Positions 47,815-60,420 of a stretch of 64,000 nucleotides of DNA are shown piece by piece (within the stretch, counting starts at the first letter, position 1; the number at the start of each line of letters is the position of its first letter). The notes beneath the pieces are model-generated. The model saw nothing but the letters and a program-made list of their open reading frames with translations, did not search any database and was not told where the DNA came from. This stretch comes from Malacoraja senta. Taxonomy: Eukaryota. Made by a program: the position numbers and the translations under genes. The stretch covers positions 1,862,001-1,926,000 of the forward strand of contig CM075994.1 in NCBI GenBank assembly GCA_038087875.1, in the 5' to 3' direction.

Positions 47815-49195
47815 AGGTTGAACAGTTACTCTTCCAGGCGTACACTGGCCCTATCCCCGAACTCTACCTCTGCTACATTGATGACGGCATCGATGCTACC
47901 TCCTGCACCCCATGCAGAACTCACTGACTTCATTAACTTTACTGCTAATTTCCATCCTGCAGTCAAATTCACTTGGACCATCTCCCTACCGTTTCTTGAT
48001 CTCACCGTCTCCATCACAGGAGACAGACTATCAATTGACAACTATTATAAACCCACTGATTCCCACAGCTATCTAGACTACAATTCTTCCCACCCTGCTT
48101 CCTGTAGATTCTATAACCTACTCCCAATTCCTCCGTCTACGCCACATCCACGCCTAAGAGGAGGTGTTCCTTACCAGGACATTGGAAATGTCTTCATTCC
48201 TTAGGGAACAGGGGTTCCTCTCTTATATCATAGACGAGGCCCTCACTATGGCCTCCTCGATACACCGTAGCTCCGCTCTTGCTCCCCCTCCCCCGATTCG
48301 TAACAAAGACAGAGTCCCCCTTGTCCTCACCTTCCATGCAGCACATAATTCTCCGACATTTTTGCCACCTCCAACGGGATCCCATCACTAGTCACATCTT
48401 CCCATCTCCACCTCTTTCTGCAGAGACCATTCCCTCCGCATCTCCCTGGTCAACTCATTCCTTTCCACCCAAACCACCCCCTCCCCAGGTACTTTCCCCT
48501 GCAACCTTAGGAGCTGCAACACCTGTCCCTATACCTCCTCCCTTGACTCCATCCAAGGATCCCGACAGTCTTCTCAGGTGAGGCAGAGGTCCACGCACCT
48601 CCTCCAACCTCATCTACTATATCCGCTGTTCCAGGTGTGGGCTCCTGTATATCGGCGAGACCAAGGGCAGGCTCGGCGATCATTTCGCTGAACACCTCTG
48701 CTCAGTCCGCCTAAACCTACCTGATCTCCCGGTTGCTGGACACTTTAACCTCTCATTCCCACACTGACCTTTCTGTCCGGGCCCTCCTCCATTGCCAGAG
48801 TGAGGCCCAGCGCAAGTTGGAGGAACAGCACCTCATACTTCGCTTGGGCAGCTTACACTCTAGCAGTATGAACATTGACTTCTCTAACTTCAAGTAACCC
48901 TTGCTTTCCCTCTCTCCACCACTCCCCCTTCCCAGTTTTCCTACCAGTCTTACTGTCTCCGACTACATTTTATCTCTGTTTGGTTTGTTACCTTCTTCCA
49001 GCTAACAATAATCTATTCTACATTTTCCTTGATCTTCATTCCCTTTGCCCAGCTTTCACACCTTCACACTTCCTTATCTATCTCCCTCCCCCCTGGCGTT
49101 AGTCTGAAGAAGAGTCTCGACCCAAAACATCACTCTTCTCTCCAGAGATGCTGCCTGTCCCGCTGAGTTACTCCAGCTTTTTTGTGTCTATCTTT
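47815..49195 (+). mobile_element. Decayed Penelope-like element (RT C-terminus and GIY-YIG) with degenerate hammerhead terminus
   Basis: YIDDG, LPFLDLTVSI, YYKPTDSHSYLDYNSSHP, LYIGETK; 3' agtctgaagaagagtctcgacccaaaacatcact at ~49101-49134. Confidence 0.9.
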
Positions 49196-50967
49196 GGAGG
49201 GATTTAGGCCGGACGTAGGCATGTGGAAATAGCTCAATTAAGCAACTTGGTCTGCATGGATGAGTTGGGCCGAAGGGCCTGTTACCATGCCGTATCAATG
49301 GTGCTTTTATTGTCTCATGTGTGAAGTGCTAACACAGTGAAATTATTTTCTTATAAACAGTCCAGTAGAGTATTTCCATGCCCCCAATCTCCGATTAGCG
49401 AGTGTACGGGAATAGTCTATTGATCCCGCATGCAAGAGGTGCCATGTTTTGGCGCCACTTCCAAAGTCCACACTCTAGTTCTTAAGAGCGGTGCCTGTTC
49501 CAGGCAAGTCCGAGACTGTTGTGGGCCTCTAGCAGGTCAGTGGGTCCGGCAGCATCTCTGGAGAACATGGATAGATGACGTTTCAGGTTGGGGGACCCTT
49601 CTCCCAACCCAAAATGTCAACTATACAATTTCCCCAGAGATGCTGCCTGACCCACTGAGTTACACCAGTACGTTGTGTCTTTTTTTACACCAAAAGAATA
49701 ACGTCTAAATGTATGGTATAAGTACTTATAAAGAACATAATGTGCATGTGTGATCGGAATTTGAAACTAGTTGGTAGGGATTCCTCTACTCCTGATGTGT
49801 CGCCTGAAATCCAGAACAAATTGTTACAACCATTAAGACTGATCAATCCTGAAGATTTTTGTGTGGGTTTGATATTGGCAGTTTCAACTCTACAGAAACT
49901 GTTTTTTTGTCAGCAACTAGAAGGATGGACATTGTGCTTTCCATTATTGAATTTAATTTAAAAGACATCTCAAAATTGAAATGTGCCTTTTCCAGGTTGC
50001 TAATCAGCATGCTTGCAGAGGGCCAACAAGTGTTTTGTTTCAGTCAATCACGAGGAAACTTAGTAGCATACAAGGCCCAAGGCGCTGCACATCCGTGAAA
50101 AGACCTGCTACAACAAAAAGCCTTTCCTTTGCATTTTCCACAAAGGAGATGTACGGGTAATTTTTTTTAAAGAGTGGTGGGTGCCTGGAACACACTGCCA
50201 GAGGTGGCGGCGGACGCAGAGGCAGATGCAATAGTGGCATTTAAGAGGCTTTTGGATAGGCACATACGTGTAGATATGTAGGCAATGGAGGGATATTGAT
50301 CATGTGCAGGCAGATGAGATTAGTTTATCTTGTTCGGCACAGACATTGTGGGCCGAAGGGCCTGTTCCTGTGCTATAATATACTGTGTGAAGCACCCGAG
50401 GAAATCAGGCAAATTGAGATTTGATAACACTTACAAGATTGCAAGGGAGAAGGGCTTTGGATTTGAGTGTTGTGTGGCAAGGGATGAAGATTAGAAAAGG
50501 GTCATGGATAGTTATAAATAAAATCGAAAGATGTGGGTGGGTGCGTTGCTAGAAAGCAGTCCCTATTGCTATTTTCTGTAATGTGAAGCTGTATCATCAG
50601 CAAATTTGATATTTATTTATCCCCCCTCCTCTCCCCTCTCTATATCTTACATTTTTAGGTAGTGATCTGTGAATTCTGCAAGGGCAAATGTTCAGAAACG
50701 TAACTGCTCTAATTCAGGGGTTACCTGCATTCAGTGGTGGTCATAGTCAGGAAGAGAGGTTGGTATAAAACAAAAAATACTGGAAATACTTCAGGTTAGG
50801 CAGAATCTGTGGAAAGAGGAGGAGATAATGTTTCATAGAACATAAAACAGTACAGCACAACAGACCCTTCATCCCACAATGTCTGTGCTGAACATGATGC
50901 CAAAACCAACTCTTGTCTCTCTGCACATAATCCATATCCTTTCATTTCCATATCTCCATCCTATCCG

Positions 50968-51262
50968 ATGGGCAGCGGTGGAGTTGCTGCCTTACAGCGC
51001 CAGAGACCCAGTTCGAATCTGACTACGGGTGTTGTGTTTATGGTGTTTGTACGTTCTCCCCGTGACTATGGGTTTTCTCCGAATGTTCCTGTTTTCACCC
51101 AAACTCCAAAGACGTACAGGTTTGTAGGTTAATTGGCTTCAGTAAGAAACATTGTAAATTGCCCCTAGTATGTAGGATAGTGCTAATGTACAGAGATTGC
51201 TGGTCAGCGTGGGCTTGATGGGCTGAAGGGCCTGTTTCCGCACTGTATCTCTAAAATAAACT
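50968..51262 (+). mobile_element. HE1/V-SINE
   Basis: Head, core and tail as at 3266-3585. Confidence 0.8.
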
Positions 51263-51287
51263 ATTCCATAAACCTTGTCTATTTCAG

Positions 51288-52393
51288 AAGGCAAGGCAAG
51301 GCAAGGCAAGTTTATTTGTATAGCACCTTTCAACCACAAGGTAATTCAAAGTGCTTTACATAAAACATTTAAAGCATTTGAAAGAAACACATATAAAATG
51401 ACATTTAGATATAAAATGATTATTAGATTATTCAGATAAAATTACAAAATTAAAAGCAATCAAATAAAATATTTAAAATAGAATAAAACCAGGAATAGAA
51501 GTTACAGTGCAGTATAGGTAATTAATAAATTGTATTGTTTACTGAAAGGCAGCGGCAAACAGAAAAGTCTTCAGTCTAGATTTAAAAGAGCTGAGAGTTG
51601 CAGCAGACCTGCAGGTTTCTGGGAGTTTGTTCCAGATATGTGGTGCATAAAAACTAAATGCTGCCTCTCCATGTTTAGTTCTGACTCTGGGGCCACAGAG
51701 CAGACCTGTCCCAGACGATCTGAGAGGTCTGGGTGGTTCGTAGCTAAGCAGAAGATCAGAAATGTATTTTGGCCCTAAACCATTCAGTGCTTTGTAAACC
51801 AACAGTAGTATTTTGAAATCAATTCTTTGACAGACAGGAAGCCAGTGTAAAGACCTCAGAACTGGAGTAATGTGATCTACTTTTTTGGTCTTAGTGAGGA
51901 CTCGAGCAGCAGCATTCTGAATTAACTGCAGCTGTCTGATCGACTTTTTAGGGAGACCTGTAAAGACACTGTTACAGTAGTCGAGCCTGCTGAATATAAA
52001 TGCATGGACAAGTTTTTCCAAATCCTGCTGAGACATAAGTCCTTTAATCCTTGATATATTCTTTAGGTGATAGTAGGCTGACTTTGTGACTGTTTTTATG
52101 TGGCTGTTGAAGTTCAGGTCTGAGTCCATGACTACTCCTAAGTTTCTGGCTTGGTTTGTTGTTTTTAGCATTACCATTTGAAGCTGGGTGCTAACTTTTA
52201 ATCGTTCTTCCTTGGCTCCAAAATCAATTATTTCAGTTTTTTCTTTGTTTAATTGGAGAAAATTCTGGTTCATCCAATCGTTGATTTGCTCAATGCATCT
52301 ACTCAGTGCTTGTATTGGACTATAGTCTCCTGGTGATATTGTTATGTAGATTTGTGTGTCGTCTGCGTATCTATGGCAACATATTTTGATGTT
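51288..52393 (-). mobile_element. 5'-truncated L2-clade LINE with an open ORF2 C-terminus and (CCTTG)n tail
   Basis: YADDTQIY, NFLQLNKEKTE, ARNLGV, SRLDYCNS, LQLIQNAAARVLT, HITPVLRSLHWLPV, RIDFK; 3' aagcactttgaa…gaaaggtgct stem-loop and aataaa(cttgc)n. Confidence 0.93.
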
Positions 52394-55017
52394 TGTCCAT
52401 TCATCAGAGCTGAAGAAGCGAGAAAGCATGCAGAGGGTGGGAAAGGAATGGATAAAATAGAGGTCAATGGTTAACAAAGGGGATCAATGGTTGGATGAGA
52501 TTAGCTTGCACCAGCAGATCAATGGGTGGAGCTATGGGTTTGGGGAGGCCAACTGCAGATCAGCCATGGACAAAGACTAGTGTAGCAGGATTAAGAGGCA
52601 TATACTACTGTTTCTTGTGCTCCTTTGTGAAGATCACAAACTTGTGACTGAGGTAACGGGTGAGATTTGTGGGTTATTTGATCAGCACTGAAGCTGTAAA
52701 AAAATTGGCCTCATCCTGAATGTAAATTGCTGACCGAGCATCCAAGAGTGCAAAACACATAGGTGGATGGCAAGGCAATTGTCTGGGTTTTTCCAGACAT
52801 TACTTTTTAGGAGGAACTGGAAGAAATATTAGACCATGTAACTATCAGTATGAGCTTCATTTTCCACTAATTTCAATCACGCTCTATTTTTCATTAGGTC
52901 TCAAAAAACATGCGATTCAACTTCCAGACCTTATTATCTCTTAAATATATATTAAAGTACATTAATTGCAAGATTAAATATGAATTTGATTTTAACAACA
53001 TTCACACAAAATTGTTTACATCTGCCAATTTACTCAGTTTTGAAAAACTGCATCGGCCATTAATGTACTTTATTGTTCAGTTATTATCACATTTCCAAAA
53101 TATATTAAGTTCTTTTAAATATTTTTTGCCTCTGTCCATTTTTTTCCTATGCTTTTTGTACTAGATTTAATAATGAATGATATATAATTATTAATTAATG
53201 AATTATATATAAATATATAAGAAACACTTCTTGATTCAGTTTCCAGTATTGAGGAATAATTCTTTAATTCCTTTGATTAAGATAACACACAACTGTTTGG
53301 GGTGTTCACAGAATGTTGTGCCTTTTCGATAGTTGGCCAATAGGAATTTATTTTGGAAAAAACCCACATAACAAATCTGTGCCATCTGCCATGTTCCTAA
53401 TATTCATCCCATTTTCTAAATATGTCCACAGCTCTTCTGTCATTCAAACTCTATACATAGTTTGGAAATTTCAAACTGCATTGTTGTTCCCTTCCAATGG
53501 GAAGTCTGTTAATTTCTGAAGGACTGCTATACATTTAATTGACACACAAGAAACTGTGGATGCCAGAGCTTGAAGGAAAAGTCAAAGTGCTGGAGGAACT
53601 CGGCGGGTCAGGCAGCATCTGGGCAGCGAACGGAAAGGCAAGGTTTTAGGTTAGGACCCTTCTTCAGTCTTTGTGTGTCGTGCATTTAATGTTGCTTTGG
53701 TTGCATTAAGAATCATTAAATATACAAATGTTTACTGTACACAATAAATTGTAAGAACAGGTCTCCCACAAGTCCCAGGTTAAATCCTGACCTCCGGTGC
53801 AGTCTGTGTGAAGTTTGCATGTTCTCCTTATGACTGCCTGCGATTCCTCGACGTTCTGCAATTTTCTCCCTCATCTCAACGATTGCTGTTAGGCTGATAT
53901 ACCATGGCAATTAATCTAGTTTAGATGGTTGGTAGGAAAATTAGGGAGTGGTTGGTGCTCATGTGTAAAGTTACAGAAAGATAATTGCAGAAAAGAATTG
54001 TGAAGAGAGCTGTCGTGGACAGTGGACAGAATGGCCTATATTGTAAGGAAATATGTAGGAGAAAAATATATTCTTGTTTACCCAATGACTTTTTCCCCGA
54101 ATTTGATTTATGATGCTGAGTATTTAGTAATATTGTAAACTGCAAATAAACTGCACAATAATGATTAGCTATAAGGCACAGCCAAGAAGAAAAATAGTAG
54201 ACACAAAGAGCTGGAGTAACTCAGCGAGTTAGGCAGCATCTCTGGAGAAAAGGAATAGGTGATATTTCAGGTTGATATTGTTTAGAAATACAGCATGGAA
54301 ATGGCCCCATCAGCCCATCGAGTGCATTTCGAACATGGATTACCTAGTTTTGTTATCCCACTTTCTCACCCACTCCAAAAACATTAGGGGCAAATTTTAA
54401 GAGCCTCATAAACCCCCGTAATCTTTGGGATGTGGGAGGAAACCAAAGCACATGGAGTAAGCCCTCGTGGTCATAGGAAGAATGCGCAAATTCCTATATT
54501 AAGGAAAATTAAGGAAAAGAATATTAGCCTGAACAAGGGTCTCGACCCAAGACGTCACCTATTCATGTTCTCCAGGGATGCTGCCCGACCTGCTAAATTA
54601 CTCCAGCACTTTGTGTCCTTTAAGGATTCATATCACAGAGTAGACAAGTCAGGTAAAAGTATGAGGTACAATCATCTAATTCCATATACTGGACATGGAC
54701 AAATTGCAAACAGCTTCAAACCTTAACAAAATAATGTTTAAATATATTGCTTTCTATATGCTTTAATAAACAAATTACAAATTTTACTTCGGAGTCACGT
54801 GAGTGACTACGTGAAGAAGCCCGCCAGCCCGCATGCGCGTCAATACGTCTAACGCATGGCGCACGACTGGCTGGCAGGCGGGTCGCTCCTCCAGCGGTAA
54901 GTTTCAAACCCTGCAGGTAAGTTTTCGAATTTATTTTCAGGTTGTGATTTTTACTTGCAGGAAGCTCTTTTACAGAGTTCCTGCTGGATGACATTCCGGG
55001 GTCGAAATCCTGACGAG

Positions 55018-55202
55018 CCGCGGGGAAACCCGGCTACGGAGACCGCGGGGAATCCCGGCTCCGCGGGGAAACCCGGCTCGGGGGAACCCGGCTACGGAGA
55101 CTGCGGGGAATCCCGGCTCCGCGGGGAGACCCGGCTCGGCGGGGACACCCAGCTCGGAGAAACCCGGCTACGGAGACCGCGGAGAATCCCGGCTCCGCGG
55201 GA
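55018..55202 (+). repeat. GC-rich tandem repeat (ccgcggggaaacccggct units) in the DIRS gag region
   Basis: Directly visible ~18-bp repeats with 28-bp variants. Confidence 0.85.
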
Positions 55203-56199
55203 ATGTGGGCAGCCGGCGGCGGTCGGGTTCTCTACCCAAGTCGCTGACAGTGCGGTCAGCGACTCCAGACGCCGGCAGCCCGGAGAGGGTGTGCAGCCGA
55301 ACGGAGTCTGAGAGGCTGGACTGGGACAAGTCAGGCCAGGAGGGTTCCCCTCCATGGGTACATCCTCGGACGTTTACCCAGGTGGAGCATGGATGCGTCC
55401 GCAGGGCGTTCATCCCACTGAGGTGATGCTCCTTCCTGATATGGTCAGTGGAACGAGGCAATATCAGCGCAGGTCTCGTCGGGGACCTGCAGCAGCACCT
55501 GTTTCAGGGCTGCTTACAAATCTTCCTCTCTGTGGAGGGGAGTGCGAGGGGTCAGTGTGTGACTGACTCCAAACTCGGAAGTATGTCCGTGAAACATACT
55601 GGAGTACATGCGTGAGGTCTGTCATGGCATCAAGGGTTGCGATATCCTCGCAAACGGAGGAGCCGCTGCAGGAAGAGTTGGCTTCCAGCCTATGGCAGAA
55701 AACCCGGGGGGGGGGGGGGGGACAGAGTTTCCCCTCACATTACAAGCTTGGTAAACATCAGTGACCTCACGTCACATCATTACAGGAACATACACCTGTA
55801 AATTGTGCATTCCTGAAAGTGTCGGCAGTGAACAACGCTATCTGGGGAGACTATGGATGGCGAGGCCAGCAATGTCCAGCCACCGAATCTTCTCCTTGGA
55901 GAAGACCTAGCCAAACAGGTAAAAAACCTGGATGAGGAAGCAAAGCTGTCGGACTAATCAAGGTACCAGCGACTAGCAAAGCTTTACCATTTCGGCGACA
56001 AACACCCCTACACCTCCATCGGCAGTAAGCTGGTGGCAGCTTGAAAGCTGATTCTCTGGGCGGAGGTCTTCAGGCCTAGGCCCAAGCCGGCCCTCATGGA
56101 AAATGTGCAATCCACGCACCCCAGCAGTCCTACAAAATCCAAATCAAGGACGGGAATAGAACCCACATCAGGGGCCTTTGGGCTTACCGTAAGACCACC

Positions 56200-57960
56200 G
56201 GTAACCATGCAGGTACATGGGTCTGGTTCCTTCCGACACATGGGTTGTGTGGATCAGTTACAAGTTGGTGAGATTACACTTGTTTTGAATGAAAGGCGTT
56301 GGATAACATCAGATTCGTTTATACTGTACAGTATACAAGGTTTCCAAATTGAATTCAATTCATTGCCACCCACACAGCATACGCCAAACCGGATTGTCCA
56401 TTCACAACAGGAAGGTTTGGATGTACAAGCTGAAATTCAAAAGTTATATACAAAAGGGGTAATTGAGAAGTCGAGTCATGAACCTCACCAATTTGTTTCT
56501 AATATATTTTGACTCGACTTAACTCGTTTTGTGCAGTATAGACATTTCAAGATGGAAAACTTTGTTACTGCCAAACAACTGCTTTCCAAAGGATGTTATA
56601 TGGCATGCATCGATCTCAAAGATGCATACTATTTCGGTACCCTTTCGCTGGGATCACCGGAGATATTTGAAATTTAGCTGGATGGGGCAACTGTGGCAGT
56701 TTAAAGCATTGCCTAATGGGATAACTTCAGCCCAGATTATTTACCAAATTATTGAAGCCAGTACTTGGGCTACTTCGAGCTCAAAATCATATTGCTATGG
56801 CATACTTGGATAATATCCTAATCATAAGGAAAACCCTGGAGTTGGCTAAATTAGCTGTTTCAGCCACTAAACTCATGTTTGAGAGATTGGGGTTTCTCAT
56901 CCATCCAGTTAAATCCAAGTTGGTACCATCTAGAGTTATTGAGTATTTGGGATTTACCATTAACTCTATTCACATGTCTGTGACTCTGCCTTGGGGCAAG
57001 AGATTAGAATTAATAGAAGCCTGTAACAATCTCATTGTTAACGAGCAACCTTCTATTCGACAAGTAGCCAGTTTAATTGGCAAATTAGTGGCTGCTTTCC
57101 AGCTGCACAGTTTGGGCCTTTGCATTATCAGAATGTGCAAAGGAGCAAGCACTCATATACCATGCAGGTCTCTTTAATCAGACCTATGCGATTGCCAGCT
57201 GAAGCCATTTCTGAGTTACAGTGGTGGATGACCAATATTCAGCATTGCTCCAGTAACATTTTGGTCAGCAAATCTTCAGTTAAATTACAATCTGATGCAA
57301 GTGCTCAAGGTTGGGGTGCTACCAATACCATCTCTAGCTGCGGTGGCAGATGGAATGTGCATGAGTCATCAAGCTTTCAGTTACATGGTATCAACTATTT
57401 AGAGGTGCTGGGAGCACTCTATGGGTTGAAGGCTTATGGTGGGAATATGCATCATCTGCATGTTCAACTACAGATTGACAACACTACAGCGGTGGCATAT
57501 ATTAATCACATGGGTGGAATCAAGTCAGTATCTTGGGATAAACTGGCTAACCTTATTTGGCACTGGTGTATTGCAAGAAACATTTGGGTTTCAGCTACCT
57601 ACTTACCAGGTAGGTTTAACATGGTGGCGGACACCAGGTCACGGAAATTTAATGACAACACAGAATGGATGTTGGATCATACGGTGTTTAACGACATTGT
57701 CGCTCGGTATGGAACATCAGATATCAATTTGTTCGCATCTCGACTCAGTCACCAGTTACCAAAGTATTTGCATGGGAACCAAACCCAGGGGCAGTAGCGG
57801 TAGATGCATTTTCGCTACACTGGGGAGGAAGGTTCTTTTATACATTCCCTCCATTTTGCCTCATCAGTCGGTACTGGCTAAGATCCAGCAAGACTCCGCC
57901 TCAGGCATTTTTGGTAGTGCCTGACTGGCCCACACAGCCATGGTTCCCACTCATATTGGG
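56200..57960 (+). pseudogene. DIRS RT, RNase H and adenine-methyltransferase-like ORF, frameshifted
   Basis: FVSNIF, HFKME, IDLKDAY, QFKALPNG, AYLDNILI, IEYLGF (RT); LQSDASAQGWGA, INYLE, IDNTTAVAYINHMGG (RH); NLFASRLSHQLPKY, DAFSLHW, YTFPPF, PDWPTQPWFP (MT-like). Confidence 0.9.
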
Positions 57961-58064
57961 AATAATAACCTTTTATGGCTGTTCCCAAATGCAGAAATCT
58001 GCTGGTTCACCCTGTGACTGGGGAGGACCATCCTCTGCATGATTGAATTAAATTGTTGATTGCA

Positions 58065-59026
58065 GATTCTGAGAAGACCTTACCTGGGGCTCGGACTGTC
58101 AGATCGTACAGTGGATGTGATCACTGTGGCCTGGAGAGATAGTACCAAAAACAGTACATCTCCTATATCAAGAAATGGGAAGTGTTCTGTTTACAGTCCA
58201 ACATATCGTATGACACGGCATTTATAACAGATGTCTTGGAATTCCTCTCAAATCTATATTTGACGAGACATTGAGTTATAGTGCCATAAATGGTGCCAGA
58301 AGTGCCTTGTCGCCATACTTGTTGCTGGGATCGGGACACCACTATGTCGGGTCTCACCCACTGATATCTAGGTTTATGAAGGGTATCTTCACCTCTAATC
58401 CCCCCAGGCCCAGGTACTCGGAGATATGGGATGTTAGCGTTGTGCTAAAGCTGCTTCGCCGGTGGGGCCCAGCTACATCTCTATCCCTGGTCAAACTCAC
58501 TTAGAAAGTGGTTATGCTCATGGCGCTGGTCTCAGCGCAACGGGTCCAGTCACTGCATAAATTGCGACTGGACAGGATGGTTACATCTGTAAATAATATA
58601 AAATGTTATGTTTATGATTTAGTTAAGCAGAGCAGACCAGGGGCGTCAGGTCTCAAACTAGTTTTCATGGCATACCCCATGGACCTTCGGTTGTGTGTGG
58701 TCACACATTTACAACAATACGTCAAGGTCACCAAGAGCCTTAGAGGCTCTGAACTAGCAATGTTTGTTAGTTACAAAAAAACTCATAAGAAGGTATCAGT
58801 TCAGACCATCTCCAGGTGGTTAAAACGGGTTTTGGCTTATGCAGGAGTAGATACTAATATTTTCAAATCTCACTCCACCAGGGCTACTACAACATCAGCA
58901 GCAAGGGTTATGTATGTTCCGCTGGACCACATCCTAGCGGCTGCAGGATGGTCAAACGAACGAACTTTCCAAACATTTTATAATAACCCATTGCCAGACC
59001 GGGGGTATTTGCCAACTCTATTTTAG
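58065..59026 (+). pseudogene. DIRS tyrosine recombinase, disrupted
   Basis: SYSAINGARSALS, SHPLISRFMKG, PRYSEIWDV, LMALVSAQRV, KSHSTR, ILAAAGWS…TFQTFY (R…HxxR…W…Y catalytic set); stop at 58502. Confidence 0.92.
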
Positions 59027-60124
59027 GTTCTGTTTTATAGTTTCCTCCCGGATGAGAGGGGTTACTTATTATTATTTGTTCATTGAAAAGCAGCAGCATG
59101 TTTTAAATCAATGTCATGTCTGTATGCTTTATGAATGTTCACTTATCTGTGGTCAACTGATGCAGTTGTGATTGTGTGGACTCGTGTTCACGGCATGAAA
59201 TCACAGAGTTTTGAAATCTTCACGTAGTCACTCACGTGACTCCGAAGTAAAATAGTAAGATTAAACGAGAACTTACCAAGTTTGAAGTTTGATCTTTATT
59301 TTATGAGGAGTTACGATGAGGGATTACGTGCCCTCCGCTCCCAACCCTCTTATCATAAAGGTCATCTGGTAGTTCTAGTTCTCTCCAATCTTACTATATT
59401 CAGTTCAACAACTGTTATCTATGATTTCACACCGCTGCTTTGAAGGTTGACGTGCATGCGGGCTGGCGGGCTTCTTCACGTAATCCCTCATCGTAACTCC
59501 TTATAAAATAAAGATCAAACTTCAAACTTGGTAAGTTCTCGTTTAATCTTACTATTAATTTGCTGGAACTGTGGTGATAAGGATGGAATTGTCCCAGAAT
59601 ATCCAAACTTCACTGAACACCTCTGAAAGTAATGCTATATAATTCTGTAGATCATGTATTTTTACAGTAAAACAACTCAGTGGATTGCAAAGGGAAGCAG
59701 ATAACAAATGACCAAGAGTGATTGCCAAGATTGCCAATAATAATCAATTGGGCAAGGTACCAAAGGGCTCTTGATACCAATGAAAAGTAATCTCTCAAGA
59801 GTCAGCATGTTCAATAACTTGTTGGAAAATGGAGAATATTGGGGAAATAAATGAGTTAATTACAAAATGAAGTTTAGGTGCCTTCATGAAAGACAAATGC
59901 ACGATCTTAATTGCAAAGGTTCTTCTTTCTTTGTGAAAGCTTATTGTGGAGAATGATAGCTGTGGAGTAGGGATCTCAAACAAGAAAAGCAGAATACCTT
60001 TTCTTGATTGAGGACGTGTCCTTTTCTAAACGTAAGTCCCCTACTTGAGCATTTGAGATTTCAGATTTTCATATTGCATTCGGAGCACAAATGGTATTTT
60101 TCAAATGAAAACTTATGAGAATAC

Positions 60125-60420
60125 AATTTAGTTTAGAGATACAGCGCAGAAACAGGTCATTTGGTCCACTGAGTCTGTGCTGGCCAGCGATCCTCATACA
60201 CTAGCACTATCCTACACAATAGGGACAATTTACAATTTTTACCTAAACCAATTAACCTGCAAACCTGTCCTTTTTTGGAGTGTGGGAGGAAACCGGAGCA
60301 CCTGGACAAAACCCACTTAGTCACGGGAAGAATGTCCAAACAACACCCATAGTCAGGATGGAACCTGGGTCACTGATGCTGTAAGGCAGCAACTCGACTG
60401 CTGCACCAACACTGCACCCT
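60125..60420 (-). mobile_element. HE1/V-SINE
   Basis: Reverse complement of the SINE consensus. Confidence 0.8.

Larger units (their letters stand above)
54781..59556 (+). mobile_element. DIRS1-type tyrosine-recombinase retrotransposon, full structure, coding-decayed
   Basis: Inverted termini (54808-54843 vs 59447-59482, 35/36). Internal complementary region 59217-59330 pairs with both element ends. RT, RNase H, methyltransferase-like and YR remnants in order. Confidence 0.95.
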
